NCBI GenBank assembly: GCA_902593125.1
Contig: CACJGU010000006.1
Location: 3,662 to 67,661 of the forward strand
DNA from: an uncultured Alphaproteobacteria bacterium
Lineage (GTDB): Bacteria > Pseudomonadota > Alphaproteobacteria > HIMB59 > GCA-002718135
Reading direction: 5' to 3'
DNA length: 64,000 nt
In this document: positions 40,119 through 48,941 of the stretch, one piece after another
Layout of the letters: the number at the start of each line of letters is the position of its first letter
How positions within the stretch are numbered: position 1 is the first letter of the stretch
Translations under genes and position numbers: made by a program
The notes under the pieces: model-generated
What the model saw: the letters and a program-made list of their open reading frames with translations, nothing else
Told to the model about the DNA's origin: nothing
Databases searched by the model: none

Positions 40119-41438
40119 ATGGCTATAGAATATATCAAAAAGGGAATAGATGAGAAACAACGAATAGAAGATAATGAAAAAGTAAAAAAAATTGTTGAAG
40201 AGACACTTAGTAAAATTGAAGATGAAGGTGATAAATATATTAGAGAATTGTCTAAAAAATTTGATAATTATTCTCCCCCAAGCTTTAAATTAAGTGAAAA
40301 TCAAATTACTGACTTAATGGATGAAGTATCTAATGAGGACAAAGAAGATATAAAATTTGCTCAAAAACAAGTTAGATCTTTTGCTGAAGCTCAGCTTAAA
40401 ACTTTAAATGAACTGGAGGTTGAAACACATCCAGGAGTAATTCTTGGACATAAAAATATCCCTGTGCAAGCTGTGGGCTGTTATGTACCTGCTGGAAAAT
40501 TTCCCATGGTAGCTTCAGCACATATGTCAGTTGTTACTGCATCAGTTGCTGGAGTGCCAAGAATAGTAGCAACTACACCACCTTTTCAGGGTAAACCAAA
40601 TCCAGCTGTTATTACAGCAATGAAAATGGGTGGTGCACATGAAATTTTTGTTTTAGGAGGTATGCAAGGAGTTGGGGCAATGGCAATAGGAACAGAAACA
40701 ATTAAGCCAGTTGATATGCTCGTTGGTCCTGGAAATGCCTTTGTTGCTGAAGCAAAACGACAGCTGTATGGAAAGGTAGGTATAGATTTATTTGCAGGCC
40801 CTACTGAAACAATGGTGATTGCAGACGATACTGTTGACGGAGAAATTTGTGCAACTGATTTATTAGGACAAGCAGAACATGGTTATAATTCACCAGCAGT
40901 AATGATAACTAATTCAAAAAAACTCGCTGAAGATACATTAATTGAAATTGATAGATTATTAAAAATACTTCCTACAAAAGATACCGCAAGTGCAAGTTGG
41001 CGAGACTATGGAGAAATAATTCTATGCGAAAATTATGATGAAATGCTCATAAAAGCAAATGAGATCGCTTCAGAGCATGTTCAAGTAATGACAGATCGAG
41101 ATGATTGGTTTTTAGAAAAAATGACTTCTTATGGTGCGTTGTTTTTAGGACCTAGGACTAACGTTGCAAATGGTGATAAAGTTATTGGGACTAATCATAC
41201 TCTTCCTACAAAAAAAGCAGGTCGATATACTGGAGGATTATGGGTAGGTAAGTTTATTAAAACTCATACCTATCAAAAGATTGTAACTGATGAAGCAGCA
41301 ACACTAATTGGAGAATATGGTTCAAGACTCTCTCACCTAGAGGGTTTTATTGGTCATGCAGAACAATGCAATGTCAGGGTTAGACGTTATGGAAAAAAAA
41401 ATGTGGCCTACGGTAAACCAGCTGGAGAAAAAATTTAA
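40119..41438 (+). CDS. Histidinol-dehydrogenase-family protein (HpsN-like; probably not biosynthetic HisD)
   Basis: GCYVPAGK, VGPGNAFVAEAKR, IDLFAGPTE, QAEHG, SEH, GDKVIGTNHTLPT; catabolic context. Confidence 0.85.
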   Translation: MAIEYIKKGIDEKQRIEDNEKVKKIVEETLSKIEDEGDKYIRELSKKFDNYSPPSFKLSENQITDLMDEVSNEDKEDIKFAQKQVRSFAEAQLKTLNELEVETHPGVILGHKNIPVQAVGCYVPAGKFPMVASAHMSVVTASVAGVPRIVATTPPFQGKPNPAVITAMKMGGAHEIFVLGGMQGVGAMAIGTETIKPVDMLVGPGNAFVAEAKRQLYGKVGIDLFAGPTETMVIADDTVDGEICATDLLGQAEHGYNSPAVMITNSKKLAEDTLIEIDRLLKILPTKDTASASWRDYGEIILCENYDEMLIKANEIASEHVQVMTDRDDWFLEKMTSYGALFLGPRTNVANGDKVIGTNHTLPTKKAGRYTGGLWVGKFIKTHTYQKIVTDEAATLIGEYGSRLSHLEGFIGHAEQCNVRVRRYGKKNVAYGKPAGEKI

Positions 41439-41439
41439 A

Positions 41440-41835
41440 TTATTTTAATTCTCCTTTAATTCTCATTTCATTTCTTATTTTAGTTGCAGATATATCATGT
41501 ATTTCTTTACCTAAATCATGTTCTGTGAAAGAATACCCAACACCTCTACCATAGGATATATCTATAATGTTAGGAACCTTAACAACTACATATTCATTTC
41601 CTTCAGAATAACCATGCTTACTTAAGCCTTCATTGATTTTATTTTTTACTTCTTCAAATTGAAATGGATTATCAGCCTGACCTTCTACGCCTGCATCTAC
41701 TCCTCCCACATCTCTATACATAATACAAACTTGACCAGTTTTGCTGAGTGCTCTCTTAAATAATTCCGTATGACCATCATGCCAAGGTTGCCATCTTCCT
41801 AACATTTGTACTGTTGGTTTTTTCCAATCAAACAT
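41440..41835 (-). CDS. Small HIGH-superfamily (cytidyltransferase-like) nucleotidyltransferase
   Basis: GRWQPWHDGH, YGRGVGY, ISATKIR. Confidence 0.78.
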   Translation of the reverse strand: MFDWKKPTVQMLGRWQPWHDGHTELFKRALSKTGQVCIMYRDVGGVDAGVEGQADNPFQFEEVKNKINEGLSKHGYSEGNEYVVVKVPNIIDISYGRGVGYSFTEHDLGKEIHDISATKIRNEMRIKGELK

Positions 41836-42241
41836 TATTAATCTCCTTTGCTAAATTTTCTATTTCTTTATCAGATAAAAAATTTGTTATTTTAATATCT
41901 GTTTTACTTGGTTGCTCGAACATTTTATTAGTATCTTCAAATCTACCTTCTTTTATTGTGTCTAACCAAATGACAAAGTCAGGATTAAATGCTTCTCTTG
42001 CTTTTTCAGTAGGAGCAACAAAATCACATATTACCCATCGACCATTTTGTTTTTCAAAATCTGCAAAAGTTTTCATTCTGTTTGCTTGTCTAATACGCCC
42101 TTCCATTGAAAAATCCCAATCATTAGCAGATTTTCTTACTATATCTGCATTATACCAAGCACAATTTTCAATAACTTTTATAAGTCTCTCTGCAAGCCAT
42201 GTTTTTCCAGAACCAGGAAGTCCACAAATAAGTATTTTCAT
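41828..42241 (-). CDS. Adenylyl-sulfate kinase-like P-loop kinase (short)
   Basis: GLPGSGKT, NADIVR, DFSMEGRIRQA, CDFVAP, FEQP. Confidence 0.75.
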   Translation of the reverse strand: MKILICGLPGSGKTWLAERLIKVIENCAWYNADIVRKSANDWDFSMEGRIRQANRMKTFADFEKQNGRWVICDFVAPTEKAREAFNPDFVIWLDTIKEGRFEDTNKMFEQPSKTDIKITNFLSDKEIENLAKEINNV

Positions 42242-42255
42242 TTTTGTATTATGAG

Positions 42256-43041
42256 TTAATTTTTTGCAATAAAATAAGGGTTAATAACACTTTCTTTTGT
42301 GTTGTATAGTATTTTATTTTTATCTAGATTACTAATTGATCCTCCTGCTTCCTCCAAAATAATATGTCCTGCTGCAATGTCCCATTCTGATGTTGGTCCT
42401 AACCTTGGATAAATATCTGCATCTCCTTCAGCAATAAGACAAAATTTTAATGAACTACCGGCTTTAATTAATTCATAGTTATTTAAATTTTTTTTTAGCC
42501 AATTTGTAAATTCAATATTTGAATGTGATCGACTACCTATAACCTTAATAGGATCACTTTGCTTCTTGTTACTTTTAATAATTTTAAATTGATCAAAATT
42601 GTTAATTTTTAAGCTAGTATTAGTTTTAAAAGCACCATTATTTTTAATTGCATAATAGAGAAGAGATTTTGCTGGTGCATAAATTACTCCAAAGATAGGA
42701 TAATTTTTTTCTATAAGAGCAATATTGACTGTAAACTCACCATTTCTATTTATAAATTCTTTTGTTCCATCAAGAGGATCTATTAACCAATATTTTTTCC
42801 AGCTTTTTCTTTCACTCCAATTTACTAAACTTTCTTCACTTAAAATTGGAATACTTGTATCAACATTTTTTAATTTATTAATTATAATGTTATTTGAATT
42901 AATATCAGCAATTGTTAAAGGTGAGTTATCTTCTTTAGACTTTACAATAATATTTTTATTATAAACTTTTAAAATTTCTTTACCTGCTTCTATAGCAATA
43001 TTTAATATCTCCAAAATAGTATTTGGCTTATTTAAATCCAT
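42256..43041 (-). CDS. cysQ: 3'(2'),5'-bisphosphate nucleotidase
   Basis: SPLTIAD, LSEE, IDPLDGTKEFI..NGEFTVNIAL, SRSH, GSSLK, YPRLGPTSEWD. Confidence 0.92.
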   Translation of the reverse strand: MDLNKPNTILEILNIAIEAGKEILKVYNKNIIVKSKEDNSPLTIADINSNNIIINKLKNVDTSIPILSEESLVNWSERKSWKKYWLIDPLDGTKEFINRNGEFTVNIALIEKNYPIFGVIYAPAKSLLYYAIKNNGAFKTNTSLKINNFDQFKIIKSNKKQSDPIKVIGSRSHSNIEFTNWLKKNLNNYELIKAGSSLKFCLIAEGDADIYPRLGPTSEWDIAAGHIILEEAGGSISNLDKNKILYNTKESVINPYFIAKN

Positions 43042-43046
43042 AGTAA

Positions 43047-43958
43047 CTAAATAAAAATAAAATAAATATAACTAAAATAGAAAGATAAACCTAAAATACC
43101 AAAAGTTCTTCCTAGTTTTTTAAATAAGTACATAAATATAAGCACAATAAAGGTTATAAAAAGCATAAATAATAAATCCTGTGATACTAAAACGTCAGGC
43201 ATTGTAAATTTATTAAAGAAAGAACTAATTCCTAAAACACCTAACACATTATAGATATTTGAACCTAAAATGTTACCAAGAGCAAAATCAACTTTTCTTT
43301 TTATTGCAGACATAATGCCTACTACTAATTCGGGAAGAGATGTTCCAAAGGCAATTAATGATAATCCAATTACAGCTTCTGAAATATTGAATTTATTTGC
43401 AAAATTTATTGCTGAACTTACAAAAAGTTCTGATCCATAAATTAAAAATACTACACCAATTATAATTAAAATAATTGAAATTAATGCTGAGTAATCGCCT
43501 TTATTAATTTCATCTATCATCAACGATCCTCTACTTATCTGAAGATACATTATTAATGCCAGTAAAATTATGGATATTATTCCAAATATAAAATTAAAAT
43601 AAAAATAACTCATAAAAATTAGAAATATTCCTAATACTATATTAATCCAAGCTTGGTTAATTTGGTTTTTATTGATGTTTGTAATTGGGAAAATAATTGT
43701 TGTTGCTGCCATAACTAAAATTAAATTTGCAATATTGCTCCCTAGAACTGCACCAAGTGCAAGATCCGCGTGATTAGTAACTACAGCATTAATACTACTT
43801 GCTAATTCAGGAAGAGAGGTGCCTCCTGCTACTATAACAACACCAATTGCAAAAAGGGAAATATTTAATTTTTTTCCTAAACTTACTGAGCCTCTAATAA
43901 CAATTTCAGCACCAGTAACTAATATAACTAGTCCAGCAATTAAATAAAAAAGATCCAC
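43047..43958 (-). CDS. Ca2+/Na+ antiporter (YrbG family)
   Basis: Duplicated GTSLPEL ... GSNI.N motifs. Confidence 0.9.
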   Translation of the reverse strand: MDLFYLIAGLVILVTGAEIVIRGSVSLGKKLNISLFAIGVVIVAGGTSLPELASSINAVVTNHADLALGAVLGSNIANLILVMAATTIIFPITNINKNQINQAWINIVLGIFLIFMSYFYFNFIFGIISIILLALIMYLQISRGSLMIDEINKGDYSALISIILIIIGVVFLIYGSELFVSSAINFANKFNISEAVIGLSLIAFGTSLPELVVGIMSAIKRKVDFALGNILGSNIYNVLGVLGISSFFNKFTMPDVLVSQDLLFMLFITFIVLIFMYLFKKLGRTFGILGLSFYFSYIYFIFI

Positions 43959-43966
43959 TAAATATA

Positions 43967-45736
43967 TTACTGAATAACCGTATCTTTAGGATCTATACCT
44001 GCAATTTCAACAGGGGCTTTCATAGCATCTCTTCTAAATGGTTCTCCAAGTTCTTGATTAAGCATAACTTCTATAAATGTCGTTATGCCTTCCATTTGTT
44101 CTTTACAAGAAAGTTTTAGAGCTTCAGTCAATTCTTCTTGGGTATTAACTTTAATACCTTTAAAACCACAGGCATCAGCAATTTTTGCATAGCTTAATTT
44201 AGGATCAAGTTCAGTCCCAATAAAATTATTATTGTACCAAAGTGTGGTATTTCTTTTTTCTGCTCCCCACTGATAATTTCTAAAAATAATCATTGTTATA
44301 TTTGGCCATCCTTCCCTATTGCAAGAGGTCATTTCACTCATACTAATCCCGAAAGCTCCATCACCAGCAAAACCTACTACTGGTGTTTTAGGGCAGCCAA
44401 TTTTAGCGCCAATAACAGAGGGAAAGCCATAACCACAAGGGCCAAACAAACCAGGAGCTAAATACTTTCTTCCATTCTCAAAAGTAGGGTAAGCATTTCC
44501 AATTGCGCAATTGTTACCAATGTCACTAGAAATAATTGCATCTTCTGGCAATCCTGCTTGAATTGCTCTCCATGCCATTCTTGGAGACATTTTTTCAGGT
44601 TCTCTCTCTCTTGAGTCCTTGTTCCAAGATGTTCCAGGATCATCTTCTTCATGATCAAGACCAGTAAGAGTTTGCAGCCATGATGATTTTGTCTGATGAA
44701 TTAATTCTTCTCGTTGTTTTCTATTATGATCTCCAGCAGTTGAAGATAGATTATCCAAAATCTGTTTAGCAACGAGTTTTGCATCACCACAAATACCAAC
44801 GCTAATTCTTTTTGTTAAACCAATTCTATCTGAGTTTATGTCAACTTGAATTATATCAGCATCTTTTGGCCAATAATCAATACCATATCCAGGGAGAGTA
44901 GAAAAGGGATTAAGCCTTGTACCAAGTGCGAGAACCACATCAGCTTTCGAAATAATTTGCATTGCTGCTTTTGATCCATTGTAACCTAGAGGTCCAACAG
45001 CTAATTGATGTTTTCCTGGAAAACTATCGTTGTGTTGATAACCACAAGCGACTGGGGCACTTAGTTTTTCAGCTAATTTTTTGCAATCGTCTATTGCGTC
45101 TGCTAAAATTACACCTGCACCTGATAAAATAACTGGGAATTTTGCATTAGATAATAATTCTGCAGCTTTATTAATTGCTTCTGATCCTCCTGAAGGTCTT
45201 TCAAAGTTTATAATTGCTGGTAATTCTATATCAACTACTTGTGTCCAAAAATCTCTTGGAATATTTAATTGTGCTGGTGCAGAACCTTTTATAGCTTTAG
45301 ATATAACACGATTTAATACTTCAGCTACTCTAGAAGGATCTCTTACTTCTTCTTGATAACAAACCATATCTTTAAACAAATTCATTTGTTCAACTTCTTG
45401 AAATCCACCTTGACCCATTGTTTTGTTTGCAGCTTGTGGAGTTACAAGTAACATTGGAGTATGATTCCAATATGCTGTTTTAATTGGAGTAACTAATCCA
45501 GTAATACCTGGACCATTTTGTGCAATACACATGGCAATTTTTCCGGTTGACCTAGTATAGCCATCAGCCATAATGCCACCATTTGATTCATGAGCAACAT
45601 CCCAAAAGGTAATTCCAGCTTTTGGAAATAGGTCGGATATAGGCATAAATGCTGACCCAATAATACCAAAAGCATGTTGTATCCCATGTTTTTGTAAAAC
45701 TTTTACAAAAGCCTCTTCAGTTGTCATTTTAGCCAT
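43967..45736 (-). CDS. xsc: Sulfoacetaldehyde acetyltransferase
   Basis: MTTEEAFVKVL, FGIIGSAF, AYWNHTP, DIGNNC, GDGAFG, NYQWGAEKRN, LGEPFRRDAM. Confidence 0.95.
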   Translation of the reverse strand: MAKMTTEEAFVKVLQKHGIQHAFGIIGSAFMPISDLFPKAGITFWDVAHESNGGIMADGYTRSTGKIAMCIAQNGPGITGLVTPIKTAYWNHTPMLLVTPQAANKTMGQGGFQEVEQMNLFKDMVCYQEEVRDPSRVAEVLNRVISKAIKGSAPAQLNIPRDFWTQVVDIELPAIINFERPSGGSEAINKAAELLSNAKFPVILSGAGVILADAIDDCKKLAEKLSAPVACGYQHNDSFPGKHQLAVGPLGYNGSKAAMQIISKADVVLALGTRLNPFSTLPGYGIDYWPKDADIIQVDINSDRIGLTKRISVGICGDAKLVAKQILDNLSSTAGDHNRKQREELIHQTKSSWLQTLTGLDHEEDDPGTSWNKDSREREPEKMSPRMAWRAIQAGLPEDAIISSDIGNNCAIGNAYPTFENGRKYLAPGLFGPCGYGFPSVIGAKIGCPKTPVVGFAGDGAFGISMSEMTSCNREGWPNITMIIFRNYQWGAEKRNTTLWYNNNFIGTELDPKLSYAKIADACGFKGIKVNTQEELTEALKLSCKEQMEGITTFIEVMLNQELGEPFRRDAMKAPVEIAGIDPKDTVIQ

Positions 45737-45872
45737 ATTTGCTCCGTCAAAATATTTAATTATCCCTACATTAAATTAACACATAAATGAACTATAATAA
45801 TTTAATTTTAGTTAATACTTTATTATATAAATTTATAATTAGATAATTATTAATATATTTACGAATGTTAAA

Positions 45873-47705
45873 ATGACGCTTCAAGGACTAGAAATTATAA
45901 AGGCAACCTCTAAAACATTACCAAATCAACCTGGAGTATACCAAATGGAGGATGATAAAGGTAATATATTATATATAGGTAAAGCAAAAAATTTATCTAA
46001 TAGAGTTAAAAACTATTTGTCTCTTAATAATCTCACAAGAAGAATTCAACGAATGGTTTGTCTTACAAACTCAATGAGTTTTTTTGTCACTAATACTGAG
46101 TTAGAGGCTATAATTTTAGAGTGCAATCTAATTAAAAAACATAAACCAAGATTTAATGTTTTATTAAGAGATGATAAGTCATTTCCATATATTTTTATTT
46201 CTTCAGAACATGATTTTCCAAGGATAGAAAAACACAGAGGTGCAAAAAATAAACCAGGAAGATACTATGGTCCATTTGCAAGTCCTGATGCAGTTAATAG
46301 AACAATAAATACAATACAAAGAATATTTTTGATCAGATCTTGTACAGATAAGGAAGTATCAGCAGGAAATAAATTATGTTTTAACTATTATTTGAAACGT
46401 TGCTCTGGACCATGTGGTCAAAAAATATCCAAAGTTGCTTATGCTAAACTAATAGAAGCAGCTGATGATTTTTTAAGTAGTGGCAACTCAAAAAAAGTGC
46501 ATAAAAATTTTTCTAATCAAATGTACAAAGCATCAAAAGAAAAAAATTTTGAGCTAGCAGCTTCTTTAAGAGATAGAATAAAAGCACTAGAACACATTGC
46601 CCAAAATAATTCTATAAAAATAAAAGATTTTAAAGATGCTGATATTTTTGCAATAAGTACAAAAGATGGGAGAAGCTGTATTTATGGAAGTTTTTTTCGG
46701 AACAATACTTCATATGGAGGAAAAGCATTTTATCCTGATCATGATAAATTATCAGATGAGAATGAAATAATGCTTGGTTTTTTAAATATTTTTTATGCTG
46801 AAAAAGAAATTCCTAAAATAATAATTACTAATATAAATATAAACAAAGTTGATCGATTAAGTTATTTAGGTAAAAATTTTGAAAATATTAAAATTTTAAA
46901 ACCTTTGAAAGGTCCAAAAAAAAATTTATTAAAATTTGCAGAAAAAAATTCGAGTATTAATCTTGAATTAAAATTAAACAAATTAAAATCATTTGATAGT
47001 TTTACTTACGAAATAAAAAAATTATTCAAAATTGATAAAGATATCAATAAAATTGAAGCCTATGATAATAGTCATACTTTTGGCAAATACCCTGTTGGTG
47101 TTATGGTTGCTTACAATAATAATGGTTTCATGAAATCAAATTATAGAAAATTTAATATTAAATTTAATATGGAAGAAAATAAAAATAAAGTTGATGATTA
47201 TTATATGATGAAAGAAATTTTAATAAGACGTTTTAAAAATATTCAATTTAAAACAGATTTTGATTTACCTGACCTATTATTAATTGATGGAGGTAAAGGA
47301 CAATACAATTCTGCACTAGATGTGCTGAGTAATCTTAAGATTGACATTCCAATAATAGCAATGGCAAAAGGTGTTGAAAGAGATTCTGGAAAGGAAATCC
47401 TAATTCACAATAAATTTACTTATAGATTGAGTGAAAATAATACTCTACTTCATTTTTTGCAAAATATCAGAGATGAGGTTCATAGATTTGCTATTACAAC
47501 TCATAGAAACAAAAGATCTAAAATGAGTATAAAGTCTGTTTACGATGATTTAAAAGGAATAGGACCAGAAAGAAAAAAGATATTAAAGAAACATTTTGGA
47601 TCTATTGAAAGTCTCAAATTAGCTAGTTTAGAGGAGCTTAAAAAAATCAAATCAATACCAGATAATATATTAGAAAAAATTTATGAATATTTTCATAGCG
47701 TTTAA
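45873..47705 (+). CDS. uvrC: Excinuclease ABC subunit C
   Basis: PGVY..YIGKAKNL..RV GIY-YIG domain, RDDKSFPY, YDNSH, IDGGKGQ, RDEVHRFAI, HhH. Confidence 0.95.
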   Translation: MTLQGLEIIKATSKTLPNQPGVYQMEDDKGNILYIGKAKNLSNRVKNYLSLNNLTRRIQRMVCLTNSMSFFVTNTELEAIILECNLIKKHKPRFNVLLRDDKSFPYIFISSEHDFPRIEKHRGAKNKPGRYYGPFASPDAVNRTINTIQRIFLIRSCTDKEVSAGNKLCFNYYLKRCSGPCGQKISKVAYAKLIEAADDFLSSGNSKKVHKNFSNQMYKASKEKNFELAASLRDRIKALEHIAQNNSIKIKDFKDADIFAISTKDGRSCIYGSFFRNNTSYGGKAFYPDHDKLSDENEIMLGFLNIFYAEKEIPKIIITNININKVDRLSYLGKNFENIKILKPLKGPKKNLLKFAEKNSSINLELKLNKLKSFDSFTYEIKKLFKIDKDINKIEAYDNSHTFGKYPVGVMVAYNNNGFMKSNYRKFNIKFNMEENKNKVDDYYMMKEILIRRFKNIQFKTDFDLPDLLLIDGGKGQYNSALDVLSNLKIDIPIIAMAKGVERDSGKEILIHNKFTYRLSENNTLLHFLQNIRDEVHRFAITTHRNKRSKMSIKSVYDDLKGIGPERKKILKKHFGSIESLKLASLEELKKIKSIPDNILEKIYEYFHSV

Positions 47706-47734
47706 AAAATACATAATTTAAAACTAAAATTATA

Positions 47735-48278
47735 ATGAACTTATCTAATTTTCTAACAATAACAAGAATAGTAGTAATTCCAATAATTGTAATTTGTATT
47801 TATTTAAAAAGTCCAATTTTTGGATGGACAGCTTTTGTTTTATTTTGTTTAGCAAGCATAACTGATTATTTTGATGGTTATTTAGCAAGAATAAGAGATG
47901 AAGTTACTAATTTTGGAACCTTTTTAGATCCAATAGCTGATAAATTATTAGTGGCTGCAGTTCTGCTGATTTTAACATCTAAAGGTGTAATAGCAGACTG
48001 GGATACCATACCTGCGCTCATAATTTTATTAAGAGAGATTACAGTATCAGGATTACGGGAATATTTAGCTGGAATTAAAATAAGTGTACCTGTTTCAAGA
48101 ATTGCAAAATTAAAAAACTTTATTACAATTATGTGCTTTAGCGTTATTAATATTGTCTGAGGCTATTTATAATGCTTATATGATAGTGTATTTTGGTAAA
48201 GTATTTTTATGGATTGCAGGTTTATTAACTCTATACACTGCCTACGATTATGTAAAAGCTTCAATAAAACATTTCTAA
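47735..48278 (+). CDS. pgsA: CDP-diacylglycerol--glycerol-3-phosphate 3-phosphatidyltransferase, frameshifted in an A6 run at 48112-48117
   Basis: TDYFDGYLAR, FLDPIADK, REITVSGLRE; removing one A restores KLKTLLQLCALALLIL...YDYVKASIKHF* ending at 48278. Confidence 0.9.
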
Positions 48279-48279
48279 A

Positions 48280-48525
48280 ATGAAAATTAAATATTTTGCT
48301 TGGATAAAAGATATTACAAATAAAGAATTTGAAATAATTGCCAGAAACCATCCAAAAAATATCGAAGAATTAAAAATTGTACTGAAAAAAAATTATCCAG
48401 ATTTAGAAAAACATTTAGATCAAGATGTACTAAGATTTGCAATTAATTTAGAATATACTTTTGAAAATCAAAATTTAAATTCTAATGATGAAATAGCAAT
48501 ATTCCCTCCTGTTAGTGGGGGTTGA
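48280..48525 (+). CDS. moaD: Molybdopterin synthase sulfur carrier subunit
   Basis: KIKYFA, DEIAIFPPVSGG C-terminus. Confidence 0.93.
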   Translation: MKIKYFAWIKDITNKEFEIIARNHPKNIEELKIVLKKNYPDLEKHLDQDVLRFAINLEYTFENQNLNSNDEIAIFPPVSGG

Positions 48526-48941
48526 TGATTAAAATTCAAAAAAAAGATTTTAATATAGAGCAAGAAATTAAATTATTAAAAGATAAGTATTCAAATGTTG
48601 GTGCAGTGATTTCGTTTATTGGATTTGTAAGAGATATAAATAATAAAAAAGATGTTAAATATATTGAGTTAGAGGTCTATGAGAAGATGGCAATTAAAGA
48701 ATTATCTAAAATTAAAGATAATGCTATTAAAAAATTTGATTTAGTAGACTGTTTAATTGTTCATAGATACGGCAGGTTAGATGTAAACGATAGAATAGTT
48801 TTAGTTGTTTGTTTTTCAGAACATAGGAACAATAGTTTTGAGGCATGTAAGTTTATTATGGATTATCTTAAAAAAGACGTTCCGTTTTGGAAAAAAGAAA
48901 TTTATTTTAAAGGATCCGACTGGCTAGAAAATACTAATTAG
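48522..48941 (+). CDS. moaE: Molybdopterin synthase catalytic subunit
   Basis: GAVISFIGFVR, HRYGRL, HR, MDYLK..PFWKKE. Confidence 0.93.
   Translation: MMIKIQKKDFNIEQEIKLLKDKYSNVGAVISFIGFVRDINNKKDVKYIELEVYEKMAIKELSKIKDNAIKKFDLVDCLIVHRYGRLDVNDRIVLVVCFSEHRNNSFEACKFIMDYLKKDVPFWKKEIYFKGSDWLENTN

Noticed and set aside
40119-41438. Histidine-biosynthetic hisD
   Set aside because: No other his genes nearby; GDK replaces the GDY motif; translationally coupled to an ester cyclase gene
11500-45800. Mobile genomic island or prophage
   Set aside because: No integrase, transposase, tRNA or flanking direct repeats seen; composition looks similar to flanks by eye
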